A stretch of DNA of 29,778 nt, taken from the NCBI GenBank assembly GCA_038888155.1, contig JAWAJB010000008.1, forward strand, positions 1 to 29,778, written 5' to 3'. Made by a program: the position numbers and the translations under genes. Positions 10,322-17,846 of this stretch are shown here, in pieces (position 1 is the stretch's first letter; every line of letters begins with the position of its first letter). The notes below the pieces were generated by a model that saw nothing but the letters and a program-made list of their open reading frames with translations, made no database searches and was not told the origin of the DNA. Source of the stretch: Desulfurococcaceae archaeon. GTDB taxonomy: Archaea; Thermoproteota; Thermoprotei_A; Sulfolobales; Desulfurococcaceae.

Positions 10322-11086
10322 TTATGTTCGTACAATAACTTTTTTCACCACGTACTGTATCAGTATGATTCCATTTTCTCCATGGTCTATAGTCAATTGA
10401 CGTCTCATAGGGATGCCCAGGAGTTCAACAATGCGCCCCTCTGATGTTAGTAGTTCAACGATGAGTTCTAGCTTCTGGCAGTACTTCAATTCCGTGTATA
10501 CACTGCTCAGGTTTAGGAAGACTTCTATGTTTTGGCCACCCGCGAAAGTATTCTCGCTGAGAAGCTTACCTCCGATCTCGATGGTGAGCGTTGGTATTTG
10601 AACCGAAATACGCTTGCACTTATAGAAGTAGAAGCTACACTCCTCTACCTGGATCGCAGGGCGCAGGAGAATTACTCCCTGATCCTTCTCTATGAAAACT
10701 AGCGTAGAAGGTGTAGCATTCGCGTAGGGTTCAGGGTCTCCGTAGATTAGCCCAGTTGCCCCAGAATCGTCGAGCTGTGCTATAGCAGCTGGGAGTGGAA
10801 CGTTGTAGTCGAAGCTCCACGAAGGTAGTGTTGCATCCTCTTCGTAAGTGAGTATCGTGATGCTGAGGATATAAGCGCTGGACTTGAACGCATACTTCGT
10901 TTGTAGTCGCATGCCTCCGGAGCCTCTGTCGAGAAGCGTCGCTAGTGAAAGTAAGTTTGCTTTTAATACTTCCGCGCTCGTAGCTCGTCTCGGAAATAGG
11001 AGGGGTCTCAGAACGGTGAAGGCCAATACCGTTGCAGCCATAGTTACTGAAAGCAGAAGCGCTGCTTCAACGGCTCTGCTGGGCAC
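10322..11086 (-). CDS. Pilin-like protein immediately downstream of E1
   Basis: MPSRAVEAALLLSVTMAATVLAFTVL N-terminal helix followed by a beta-rich body. 4-nt gap after the E1 stop. Confidence 0.6.
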   Translation of the reverse strand: MPSRAVEAALLLSVTMAATVLAFTVLRPLLFPRRATSAEVLKANLLSLATLLDRGSGGMRLQTKYAFKSSAYILSITILTYEEDATLPSWSFDYNVPLPAAIAQLDDSGATGLIYGDPEPYANATPSTLVFIEKDQGVILLRPAIQVEECSFYFYKCKRISVQIPTLTIEIGGKLLSENTFAGGQNIEVFLNLSSVYTELKYCQKLELIVELLTSEGRIVELLGIPMRRQLTIDHGENGIILIQYVVKKVIVRT

Positions 11087-11090
11087 AGGT

Positions 11091-11990
11091 TTAAGTGTTT
11101 TCAGGACTATAAAGGTTCTTCGCCTCTGATCGTCCGCTGGAGCATACTTCGCATTGGGAGTTTCTCTCTAGATCGTAAACTCCATAAAAGTTAAGGGCAG
11201 AATTTATGAATAGCCGCTTCCCGGCTAGAGGCAAACCTGTTTCTTTCGGCCATGTACCCGTTTCTTGGAAGTAGTCAAACCCTAGCAGCACCTTAACAAC
11301 TTCTTGAGCCATGACAGCGCCGAGGATGGAGGTTGTACTGGGTAATGCGGGGATCTTTGGCTCGGTGAATTCAAATGGGGTTCCCGAGCACGAAAGCCGG
11401 TGGAAAAGCGCTTTTAACTCGTTCTCAGCTAAGTTGCAGTACAGGCAAGCAGTGTAATCTGGAATCACTACCTGGACATAGCCAATGAAGCCACTCATAC
11501 CACCGTCAATGAGAGGTTTCTTATTGTGCACCGCAGCGCTGTTTAGTGTGAGTCGTGCGGCTAAGCTGTCCAGGCACGATACGTAGACCTGGGTGACTTT
11601 ATACAGCTCGTGATCGAAAGGTATACCGTGGATGTCGGCATTCACCGGGAAAATTCTTGTGTGTTGGTAGGGGGAGAGTTCTGCGGCTCTTAGCGCGAGG
11701 GCATCTACTTTAGCTCTTCGCTTGAGTGCATCATCCCTTCTGAAGAAGATACAACGGTTCAAATTAGAAATGACGACATAGTCGAAATCCACAACGTAGA
11801 TGTTCCCCACGCCAAAAAGGATGAGATTCTTTACGACCTCATTGCCCAGGGCTCCAGCGCCCACCACTAGTACGTGCGCCTGTTCTAATTTCTCCTGCTT
11901 CCAGCTAGGTATGAGCTTCTGGCGGCTAGCGACATCATCGTCGTACTTAGACACTCTCGATACTATTAGGCCAGTTTCCATGACTACCAC
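11091..11990 (-). CDS. Ubiquitin-activating enzyme E1 (ThiF/MoeB/UBA family)
   Basis: Nucleotide-binding VLVVGAGALG, VDFDYVVISNLNR, Zn-binding CLYC and CEVC, and a candidate catalytic Cys in RLSCSG downstream of the first CxxC. Confidence 0.93.
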   Translation of the reverse strand: MVVMETGLIVSRVSKYDDDVASRQKLIPSWKQEKLEQAHVLVVGAGALGNEVVKNLILFGVGNIYVVDFDYVVISNLNRCIFFRRDDALKRRAKVDALALRAAELSPYQHTRIFPVNADIHGIPFDHELYKVTQVYVSCLDSLAARLTLNSAAVHNKKPLIDGGMSGFIGYVQVVIPDYTACLYCNLAENELKALFHRLSCSGTPFEFTEPKIPALPSTTSILGAVMAQEVVKVLLGFDYFQETGTWPKETGLPLAGKRLFINSALNFYGVYDLERNSQCEVCSSGRSEAKNLYSPENT

Positions 11991-12220
11991 TTAAGAAGGT
12001 TTCTTATAGGGATTTTGCCACAGTATAGGCACATGACGTTGCCAATCAAGTTCGAAACGCACTTGGTATGGTATAAAGCGCCACAGTTAGGACAGATCAT
12101 GAGGCTATCGCTAAAGGATAGCTCGCCTCTACATATGAGACAAACTTTGGGTAAACGGAGAAGCTTTATCACCACCAGGTCATGAGATGACATGATGACC
12201 GATAAATTTTTCTGAACCAC
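11984..12220 (-). CDS. Small RING-variant zinc finger, putative E3 ligase
   Basis: C-x2-C-x12-C-x2-C-x4-H-x2-C-x9-C-x2-C (C4HC3). Overlaps the E1 start. True start may be ATG 12193. Confidence 0.8.
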   Translation of the reverse strand: MVQKNLSVIMSSHDLVVIKLLRLPKVCLICRGELSFSDSLMICPNCGALYHTKCVSNLIGNVMCLYCGKIPIRNLLKW

Positions 12221-12234
12221 CTCCTAAAAACTTT

Positions 12235-13221
12235 GTGTCGCTTCCCAGGATTATATCGATTCGAAGATATGGTGTTGCCCTATCGCCCACAATCATCAGA
12301 GTAAAAACTTATCCTGTCGCAACCGCCGAGCTCCTAACTAAAGAGCTAGCGATACAGTACATGAGAGCTCTTAGATTAACTAGAAGAAAAGTTAACCAAT
12401 TAATAATCGATTTCCTTGACGGAAAGGTATCAGACTATGAATTAAGAAAGGAGTATTTAAGACTGGCACAAGAAGCCAATGATATAGCACAAGCAGTCTT
12501 AGCGTTAATAAATTTTAGCTATTTGATAGAAGATATTGAGGATTCTATCAAACTTATAGAAAGAATAATAATATATTTGTGTAGGAATAAGAATGGATTA
12601 AATGATTTTAGCCGAATATTGCTTAGAAATATCATTAATAATAACTTAACAAAAATATATAATTACAAGAAAACTTTAAAACAAATTTATAAATCTGTGA
12701 AAGAGAAATTAGTAGAGCTTCAAATATTTATGAATATTTTTGGAAAACAGTTAAAAATTTCATTCGGGCCTGCTTATCTTCAGAGGTTGGATGAAATCGC
12801 AGCGTTATATGTGCAATACAGTTGGGCATTGAACGAGCTAAGAGCTATTCGATTATCGATGAACATAGGGTTAATTGATTTCCAGGACGAACTATTGAAG
12901 ATGATGAACGAGATAGCAATGCTAAGACAACTAAGGGCTCAGCTTCGCCTTGGTGAATTGAACAAAGATGAATACATTAGACAGGTAGAGAAGAGTCTTG
13001 AATCAATTCAAGAAATCGAATTAAGTATCACTGAGAAAATAGAAAAATTTAAAGTAATGAAAACAGATATATCAAGAAATGAAGATTATTTGCAGAAAAT
13101 TCTAGGAAGAAAAACTTTTCTAAAACTAAAAAGGATGATGGATATTTCTGAGTTATCGATACAAAAGATAAATAATATTCTTTCAAAAAGTAAAGTGATG
13201 GCTACTCTGGAAGAAGATTAG
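12235..13221 (+). CDS. All-helical coiled-coil protein with two Gly-turn hairpins
   Basis: 328 aa, no TM segment. Hairpin motifs DFLDGKVSDYELRKEYLRL and QLRLGELNKDEYIRQVE. Confidence 0.75.
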   Translation: MSLPRIISIRRYGVALSPTIIRVKTYPVATAELLTKELAIQYMRALRLTRRKVNQLIIDFLDGKVSDYELRKEYLRLAQEANDIAQAVLALINFSYLIEDIEDSIKLIERIIIYLCRNKNGLNDFSRILLRNIINNNLTKIYNYKKTLKQIYKSVKEKLVELQIFMNIFGKQLKISFGPAYLQRLDEIAALYVQYSWALNELRAIRLSMNIGLIDFQDELLKMMNEIAMLRQLRAQLRLGELNKDEYIRQVEKSLESIQEIELSITEKIEKFKVMKTDISRNEDYLQKILGRKTFLKLKRMMDISELSIQKINNILSKSKVMATLEED

Positions 13222-14191
13222 CTATCCTCTCGAGAATTTCTTCCTCTTTTCGGAAAAGATTGACAAATTTTGATAGTAAAACTTCAGCTTCTTTACTATA
13301 AATATCAGAATCTGTAAGAGAATTCAGAATTTTTTCAAAAAATACTCTTTTTGTTACTATATTGTTGATTAATGTTGCGCAATCTTTTTTAGATAAGTAA
13401 AAGATTTCAGCTTCTTCCTTTAAAGTTTCTATCATTTGTGATAACGCATTCAGCTGTTTCTCGAGTTGTTCCTTCAGGTTAGTGAGCTCTGGAGTTGCTC
13501 CTTCAATTAGTATCCTAAGGTTAATTTCTTCAAGACTTTGTTCCAAAAGTTCAATGCTCTTATAAATATTTTGAATTCCTTTTTTCATTACAATTTTTCT
13601 GCTTTTAGGTATTTGCATGAATATCGTAAGTAAAGATGAAACAATGCGAATTTCATCATCTGATAAATTTGTTTTGTCTTTTATATAAAATTTTAGTTTA
13701 TCAAGGTATAGAAAGAGTAAATCTATCTCTTGCAGTATAGTTTTGTCTATTTCTGCTGAGCTAATATAGAATGAAAAGACTTCAGAAATATTTTTAACTA
13801 AAGTACTCTTAATTTCAACGAGGGTGGTAATATCTGTGGATACCAACTGCTGTAGTTCAGGTGTATTTATATAGTTTAAAAGTAAAGATTTGAGTCTAGA
13901 AATTTCCTTTTTTACATCATCGGGCGATGTTTTTCTTAATCCCTCCATAACTTCAATATAGAGGGCTTCAGCGTTTAGGAGCTCCTCGAAAATGTTTCTG
14001 AAAATGCTTTCTGGTTCAATGAAAGATACTTGAATTAAGTTTTCTTGCTCAAGAGTTGTTAACGCTCTAAGAACATCAGATTTACTCAAGCCTGTCAACT
14101 TTGCTATGTCACTAATTTTCCCTCTATATGTTTTCTCTGATGAGCTTAGAACAATATACTTGAGCACTTTAACTGCAGTTTCATCAAGCAT
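13202..14191 (-). CDS. Winged-HTH domain fused to a long coiled-coil region
   Basis: N-terminal KISDIAKLTGLSKSDVLRALTTLEQENLIQV wHTH signature. Remainder is heptad-rich and helical. Confidence 0.8.
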   Translation of the reverse strand: MLDETAVKVLKYIVLSSSEKTYRGKISDIAKLTGLSKSDVLRALTTLEQENLIQVSFIEPESIFRNIFEELLNAEALYIEVMEGLRKTSPDDVKKEISRLKSLLLNYINTPELQQLVSTDITTLVEIKSTLVKNISEVFSFYISSAEIDKTILQEIDLLFLYLDKLKFYIKDKTNLSDDEIRIVSSLLTIFMQIPKSRKIVMKKGIQNIYKSIELLEQSLEEINLRILIEGATPELTNLKEQLEKQLNALSQMIETLKEEAEIFYLSKKDCATLINNIVTKRVFFEKILNSLTDSDIYSKEAEVLLSKFVNLFRKEEEILERIANLLPE

Positions 14192-14192
14192 T

Positions 14193-15611
14193 TTAATCCC
14201 CTCTCAACTTAAACAGCAAGAAAATTAAGAGAAGCACTTGTATCATGATTATTGCAAGTAGTATTACCAATGGCGTTAATTCAATCGTGCTCTTTACCTC
14301 GTAAATCGGAGGTGAAGGCATAATAATGGATATTGCTAAATCACCTAGCGGGGAAATATCCAATAAGAGGTTAAGTTCGCATGCGTTAATTGTGATGTTG
14401 ACCGGGATTCGTGGGAAATGTGTAATCACATATGTTATACCCTGCTTCTGAATGGGCACCACAGCTCCGTTGATATAAACTTTAGGGGGACAGTGCTCGT
14501 CTGTCCGCAAAATTATGTCAGAGAAATTAAGGCGAACAGTGTAATAATAATTCGAGTCAATTGTTATGTTTCTCTCCCATACCTTTAGTACAAGACCAGA
14601 AAAATTGTAAAAAATAGATATAGAATAATTTCCTTCAGTGAGACAAACTATCGGTTTAGATGATTTTACTTTAGATGAATTAACTATTAGAAATACATTT
14701 TCATCAGCGTTTTCTAAACTCATTCTTAACGTGTATATTCTGGGGCGACAGGTGTAAAAGATATTCTCTAACCTCTCATTACACGTCGCGTGTGGGCTAT
14801 CCTCTATGAAGTACTCGACCGTGCAGGATTCTCGCCTAGGTTGTATCCAGCGGTTTGGTGATATTAACGCAAGCTGGGGGGGTTTACTGCTTAACGTAAA
14901 GCTGCCGCATGTTAAGCGGACAGAAAGGTTGCATGAAGGGTCTACACCTAAGACGTGGGTTAAGTTAATCATTTGTGGCACCACAAGTAACGGTAATTCG
15001 AGAGGTTCTCCACCAGTAAGATCAGCTAGATTAGCGCTTGCTAGGAGAGATTCGCCGTAGTATACTTCCATGATCCATGGATAGGTGTGGTTTTCGTCGC
15101 TAGCCACCGGTAGATACAAGCCTGAGCCTCCTAAGACGAACCTGAGCGGATCGTCGCTATCACCTAGGTGAATCGTGATCGATAATGAGGCAAACAATGG
15201 GTCGTTAATCACCGAGGCTACTTTCGTGAGGTGTGGAGTAACCACGTACTCTGATGTTAAGTTGTAGAACTTAATATCCAAGTTGGATAGATTTTTTAGC
15301 TTTAAGTAAACTACAAAGAAATTTTCTTTTGTAGAATTAACCGTAAAACCTAAGCTCCAGTTGCGGTCATAGAAGTAATATTCTGCTGACAAGTTGGCGA
15401 GCATCGTTCCATTAAAAAAGTTCATGAAGTGGGAGGCGTTAAATACGATCCAACCTATTTTAAAGAAAAGATTATTTAGTACTTCAAGCGGGAGAGAATT
15501 GCCATCTATGTCGAGAAGCTGAACTGTAACATTGTTCTCCGGAATCGCATAGACGAGCGTAAGTAGAGACGAGAGCAGAGCCATCCCGATCGCGAGAAGG
15601 ATCCTACGCAT
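14193..15611 (-). CDS. Type I membrane-anchored surface glycoprotein
   Basis: Signal peptide, beta-rich ectodomain with about 17 N-x-S/T sequons and several Cys, C-terminal TM helix and a short KLRGD tail. Confidence 0.8.
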   Translation of the reverse strand: MRRILLAIGMALLSSLLTLVYAIPENNVTVQLLDIDGNSLPLEVLNNLFFKIGWIVFNASHFMNFFNGTMLANLSAEYYFYDRNWSLGFTVNSTKENFFVVYLKLKNLSNLDIKFYNLTSEYVVTPHLTKVASVINDPLFASLSITIHLGDSDDPLRFVLGGSGLYLPVASDENHTYPWIMEVYYGESLLASANLADLTGGEPLELPLLVVPQMINLTHVLGVDPSCNLSVRLTCGSFTLSSKPPQLALISPNRWIQPRRESCTVEYFIEDSPHATCNERLENIFYTCRPRIYTLRMSLENADENVFLIVNSSKVKSSKPIVCLTEGNYSISIFYNFSGLVLKVWERNITIDSNYYYTVRLNFSDIILRTDEHCPPKVYINGAVVPIQKQGITYVITHFPRIPVNITINACELNLLLDISPLGDLAISIIMPSPPIYEVKSTIELTPLVILLAIIMIQVLLLIFLLFKLRGD

Positions 15612-16054
15612 TACGCTTCCCCCTTCACAACGACGTACACCCGACGAATTAGCAAAATACTATCTAAAACAGGAGTTTGAAACGAAAATGAAATTTCTAT
15701 AAGGCGTTTTCCGTCACTAAAGCGTCCAATCTCCCTTACTATTACCCAGTTAGACCTGGATTCGTTAGTAAGGAGAGCGTAAACATTAGCTTGAGCACTA
15801 GTAAGCTGGCTCATTGCGAAAATGTTCAGAAAGATTATGAAGATAAGTGGAAGATAAAGAATGAGAGAGAGAAGGAAGAATTTGAAGTATCTTCTTTTCT
15901 CGAGTTCGAAGATTATGGGAAATACCGCTCGCCTACCGTCTCCTTGCCTGTAATCACCGATGATTAGATACCTTTTATCGAAATCTGGTGGAGGTTTTTC
16001 TCTTTTTTCTCGCTGCCGCACTCTATACCTTATCTCCCCTTCCGTGTTCTCCAT
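15611..16054 (-). CDS. Single-pass membrane protein, unknown function
   Basis: Likely start ATG 16054 (MENTEG) with GGTGA upstream. Central TM helix FFLLSLILYLPLIFIIFLNIFAM after a charged N-terminal region. Confidence 0.7.
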   Translation of the reverse strand: MENTEGEIRYRVRQREKREKPPPDFDKRYLIIGDYRQGDGRRAVFPIIFELEKRRYFKFFLLSLILYLPLIFIIFLNIFAMSQLTSAQANVYALLTNESRSNWVIVREIGRFSDGKRLIEISFSFQTPVLDSILLIRRVYVVVKGEA

Positions 16055-16058
16055 CTTC

Positions 16059-16526
16059 TCACCTTCCCCTTTTAATGACTTCTTTGAAGTGTACTCTTTC
16101 ATAGCTATTCCCTCTGATAGTGAAAATATCGTACTCCCCTGTTAATGGGTCCATTACCAACGCCACATGGTAAGATTGTGAAAAGCATCTTCGATGGGTC
16201 TCTAGGTCTACGCTGGAAAGGAAGCAGCCATATCCAGGGTGACTATGAGCCCATCCCACTACAAGCAATTTGCGTTTTTCAAGAATTCCTGAAATTTCCC
16301 CCAAGCTACCTTCAAGAGGCACAACAAACGTCTCACTTGCGTCAGCCTTCAGTGGGAGATAGTCGATCACTTCGACCCAATCCTTTCCCTTGTACACATA
16401 CCTGTCCCCCAAGAGAAAACCTATGGCCTCTTTCGGCAAAGTCCTAACAAAGTGCTTGAAGATTTTTTTCAGGACCTTGTAATGGATGTACACGTCGGCA
16501 ATTTCAATTTCTGTCTCATTTTTCAT
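16059..16526 (-). CDS. JAMM/MPN+ metalloprotease (Rpn11-like deubiquitinase)
   Basis: PKEAIGFLLG (catalytic Glu) and VVGWAHSHPGYGCFLSSVD (HxH-x7-S-x2-D), close to the eukaryotic Rpn11 motif VVGWYHSHPGFGCWLSxVD. Confidence 0.95.
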   Translation of the reverse strand: MKNETEIEIADVYIHYKVLKKIFKHFVRTLPKEAIGFLLGDRYVYKGKDWVEVIDYLPLKADASETFVVPLEGSLGEISGILEKRKLLVVGWAHSHPGYGCFLSSVDLETHRRCFSQSYHVALVMDPLTGEYDIFTIRGNSYERVHFKEVIKRGR

Positions 16527-17109
16527 CGTTTCTCCCCCCTCTTTTTCTTACAATTTTTGGAGGCGGATTTAGCCTGAAGTACTCAGCTGCTCGCATGCAA
16601 ATAGGTGGGTTGTGTATCGGGTCATCTACGTCCGGATTTTCTATCAGGAGCTTCACGCCCTCTACAACGTTTAGCAAGCTGAGCGTTGTGGTCCATTTTA
16701 CTAAGGCACGCCAGCAGATAACCCCAGTACCGCCGTAATCCTTCCCGGGAGCGATGTTCGGGTGAAATATCGGTGTAATCCACACTATTCTAATCGGAGC
16801 ACCCAATTTCCTCTCCGAGGGGAAGGGATAGTTGCGCAACACGTAGAGATCAAAAGTATGATGATTTAACGGAACTATTTTCTCGTTAGCATCTAAAACG
16901 TATCCTTGCGCTTCTACTTCGATTCTGTATTTCATGAATGCGGGTACTTTTTCTAAACCATAGACAGTTGGAACTTCTATCTCTTTAAATTCACGTTTTT
17001 TAGATATATCATAGAATTTTTGTTTTTCTAAAATCTTAGAAGTTGTTTTTTCGAGTTCCTTTTCTTCATTGTTAAGGCGATTTATAAGCGCTTCTAAAGT
17101 CAGCATCAC
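16516..17109 (-). CDS. Ubiquitin-conjugating enzyme E2 (UBC fold)
   Basis: NYPF...PIRIVWITPIFHPNI...GVICW...W...LLIENPDVDDP: HPN motif, catalytic Cys, downstream Trp and the NP-x-x-x-D-P motif. Start overlaps the Ubl stop. Confidence 0.93.
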   Translation of the reverse strand: MMLTLEALINRLNNEEKELEKTTSKILEKQKFYDISKKREFKEIEVPTVYGLEKVPAFMKYRIEVEAQGYVLDANEKIVPLNHHTFDLYVLRNYPFPSERKLGAPIRIVWITPIFHPNIAPGKDYGGTGVICWRALVKWTTTLSLLNVVEGVKLLIENPDVDDPIHNPPICMRAAEYFRLNPPPKIVRKRGGRNDEK

Positions 17110-17390
17110 TACCCGCCTACAGGTCGCGCGATGAGCTGAAGGCGGTCACCGTCCCTTATACCCAGCTCAGCTAACGTTTTTTCAAAGTGAGCTGTACCGA
17201 ACTCTTTTGCGCCTCCAGGGAAGACAAGCCTATACCCTAAATCAGGATTTTCCAAGTCTATCTTGAGCGCGTTGGCAACCGTTCTGAAAACATCTCCTAG
17301 TCGTGTAGCAGGAGAGACCTCAAGTTCTACCTCATCGCCGGTTAAAACGGAGATAATGGTAATCCGCCATGTCCCTCTTGCAGAGGCCAC
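17109..17390 (-). CDS. Ubiquitin-like protein (beta-grasp) with a free C-terminal GG
   Basis: VLTGDEVELEVSP, YRLVF and KTLAELGIRDGDRLQLIARPVGG-stop align by eye with ubiquitin TLTGKTITLEVEP, QRLIF and [23 protein letters not shown]. Confidence 0.92.
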   Translation of the reverse strand: MASARGTWRITIISVLTGDEVELEVSPATRLGDVFRTVANALKIDLENPDLGYRLVFPGGAKEFGTAHFEKTLAELGIRDGDRLQLIARPVGG

Positions 17391-17412
17391 GAGATCTCCA
17401 TAATTAAGACTA

Positions 17413-17428
17413 AGGATAAAAAGTTTTT
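17413..17428 (-). promoter_or_regulatory. BRE/TATA-like promoter of the Ubl-E2-JAMM operon
   Basis: Minus-strand AAAAACTTTTTATCC about 25 nt upstream of the Ubl start. Confidence 0.55.
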
Positions 17429-17441
17429 GCTGGAATTTGAG

Positions 17442-17798
17442 CTAAGAAACCGGAGTTGAGTCAGTGCACTGTGTATCACAACGCCGAAGGTTAAGAATCC
17501 GTTGGGCGGTCCTCAGCTTATCCCTGTATTGGAGGTGTAAACGAGCGTAAGTTAAGTAATCTATGTGGCCTTCCGCAAACAACTCGAATAACATATGGAG
17601 GCGGTTGCTGTAATTTTCGATCTCTCTTTCGACTAAATGGGCTAGATCACGTACAGCTACTATCTTCGGGCTGACTGTTGAAGTACTATAAACCTTACAT
17701 TTCCAGAATTCTTTCAAGCAAAGGCTAGAATCAGGCTTCTTTCGTGCCAACATGCATGATTTTTCCAAGAATTTTTTCCTAAAAAACGGGCATGTCAT
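17442..17798 (-). CDS. Small Cys4 metal-binding domain fused to a helical hairpin
   Basis: CPFF...C...C...CKVY at the N-terminus, then LFELFAEGHIDYLTYARLHLQY. GAAAACTTTATAG box about 23 nt upstream. Confidence 0.7.
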   Translation of the reverse strand: MTCPFFRKKFLEKSCMLARKKPDSSLCLKEFWKCKVYSTSTVSPKIVAVRDLAHLVEREIENYSNRLHMLFELFAEGHIDYLTYARLHLQYRDKLRTAQRILNLRRCDTQCTDSTPVS

Positions 17799-17846
17799 GA
17801 TAAACTTATATTTTTCACAACTATAAAGTTTTCGGCAATCGTGTGA

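Noticed and set aside
11091-11990. Reading the E1 as a ThiF/MoeB sulfur-transfer enzyme or SAMP-type UbaA
   Set aside because: No thiamine, molybdopterin or tRNA-thiolation genes are nearby, whereas an E2, RING, JAMM and a ubiquitin-like Ubl are.
12235-14191. Calling the helical proteins ESCRT-III/CdvB or the locus a Cdv division system
   Set aside because: No recognisable Snf7 pattern and no Vps4/CdvC AAA ATPase in the window. Only a short hairpin resemblance is supportable.
17109-17390. Ubl as a YukD/EsaB type VII secretion component
   Set aside because: TLAELGIRDGD resembles that family, but the terminal GG, the coupling to an E2 and the absence of FtsK-like T7SS ATPases or WXG100 genes argue for a conjugated modifier.
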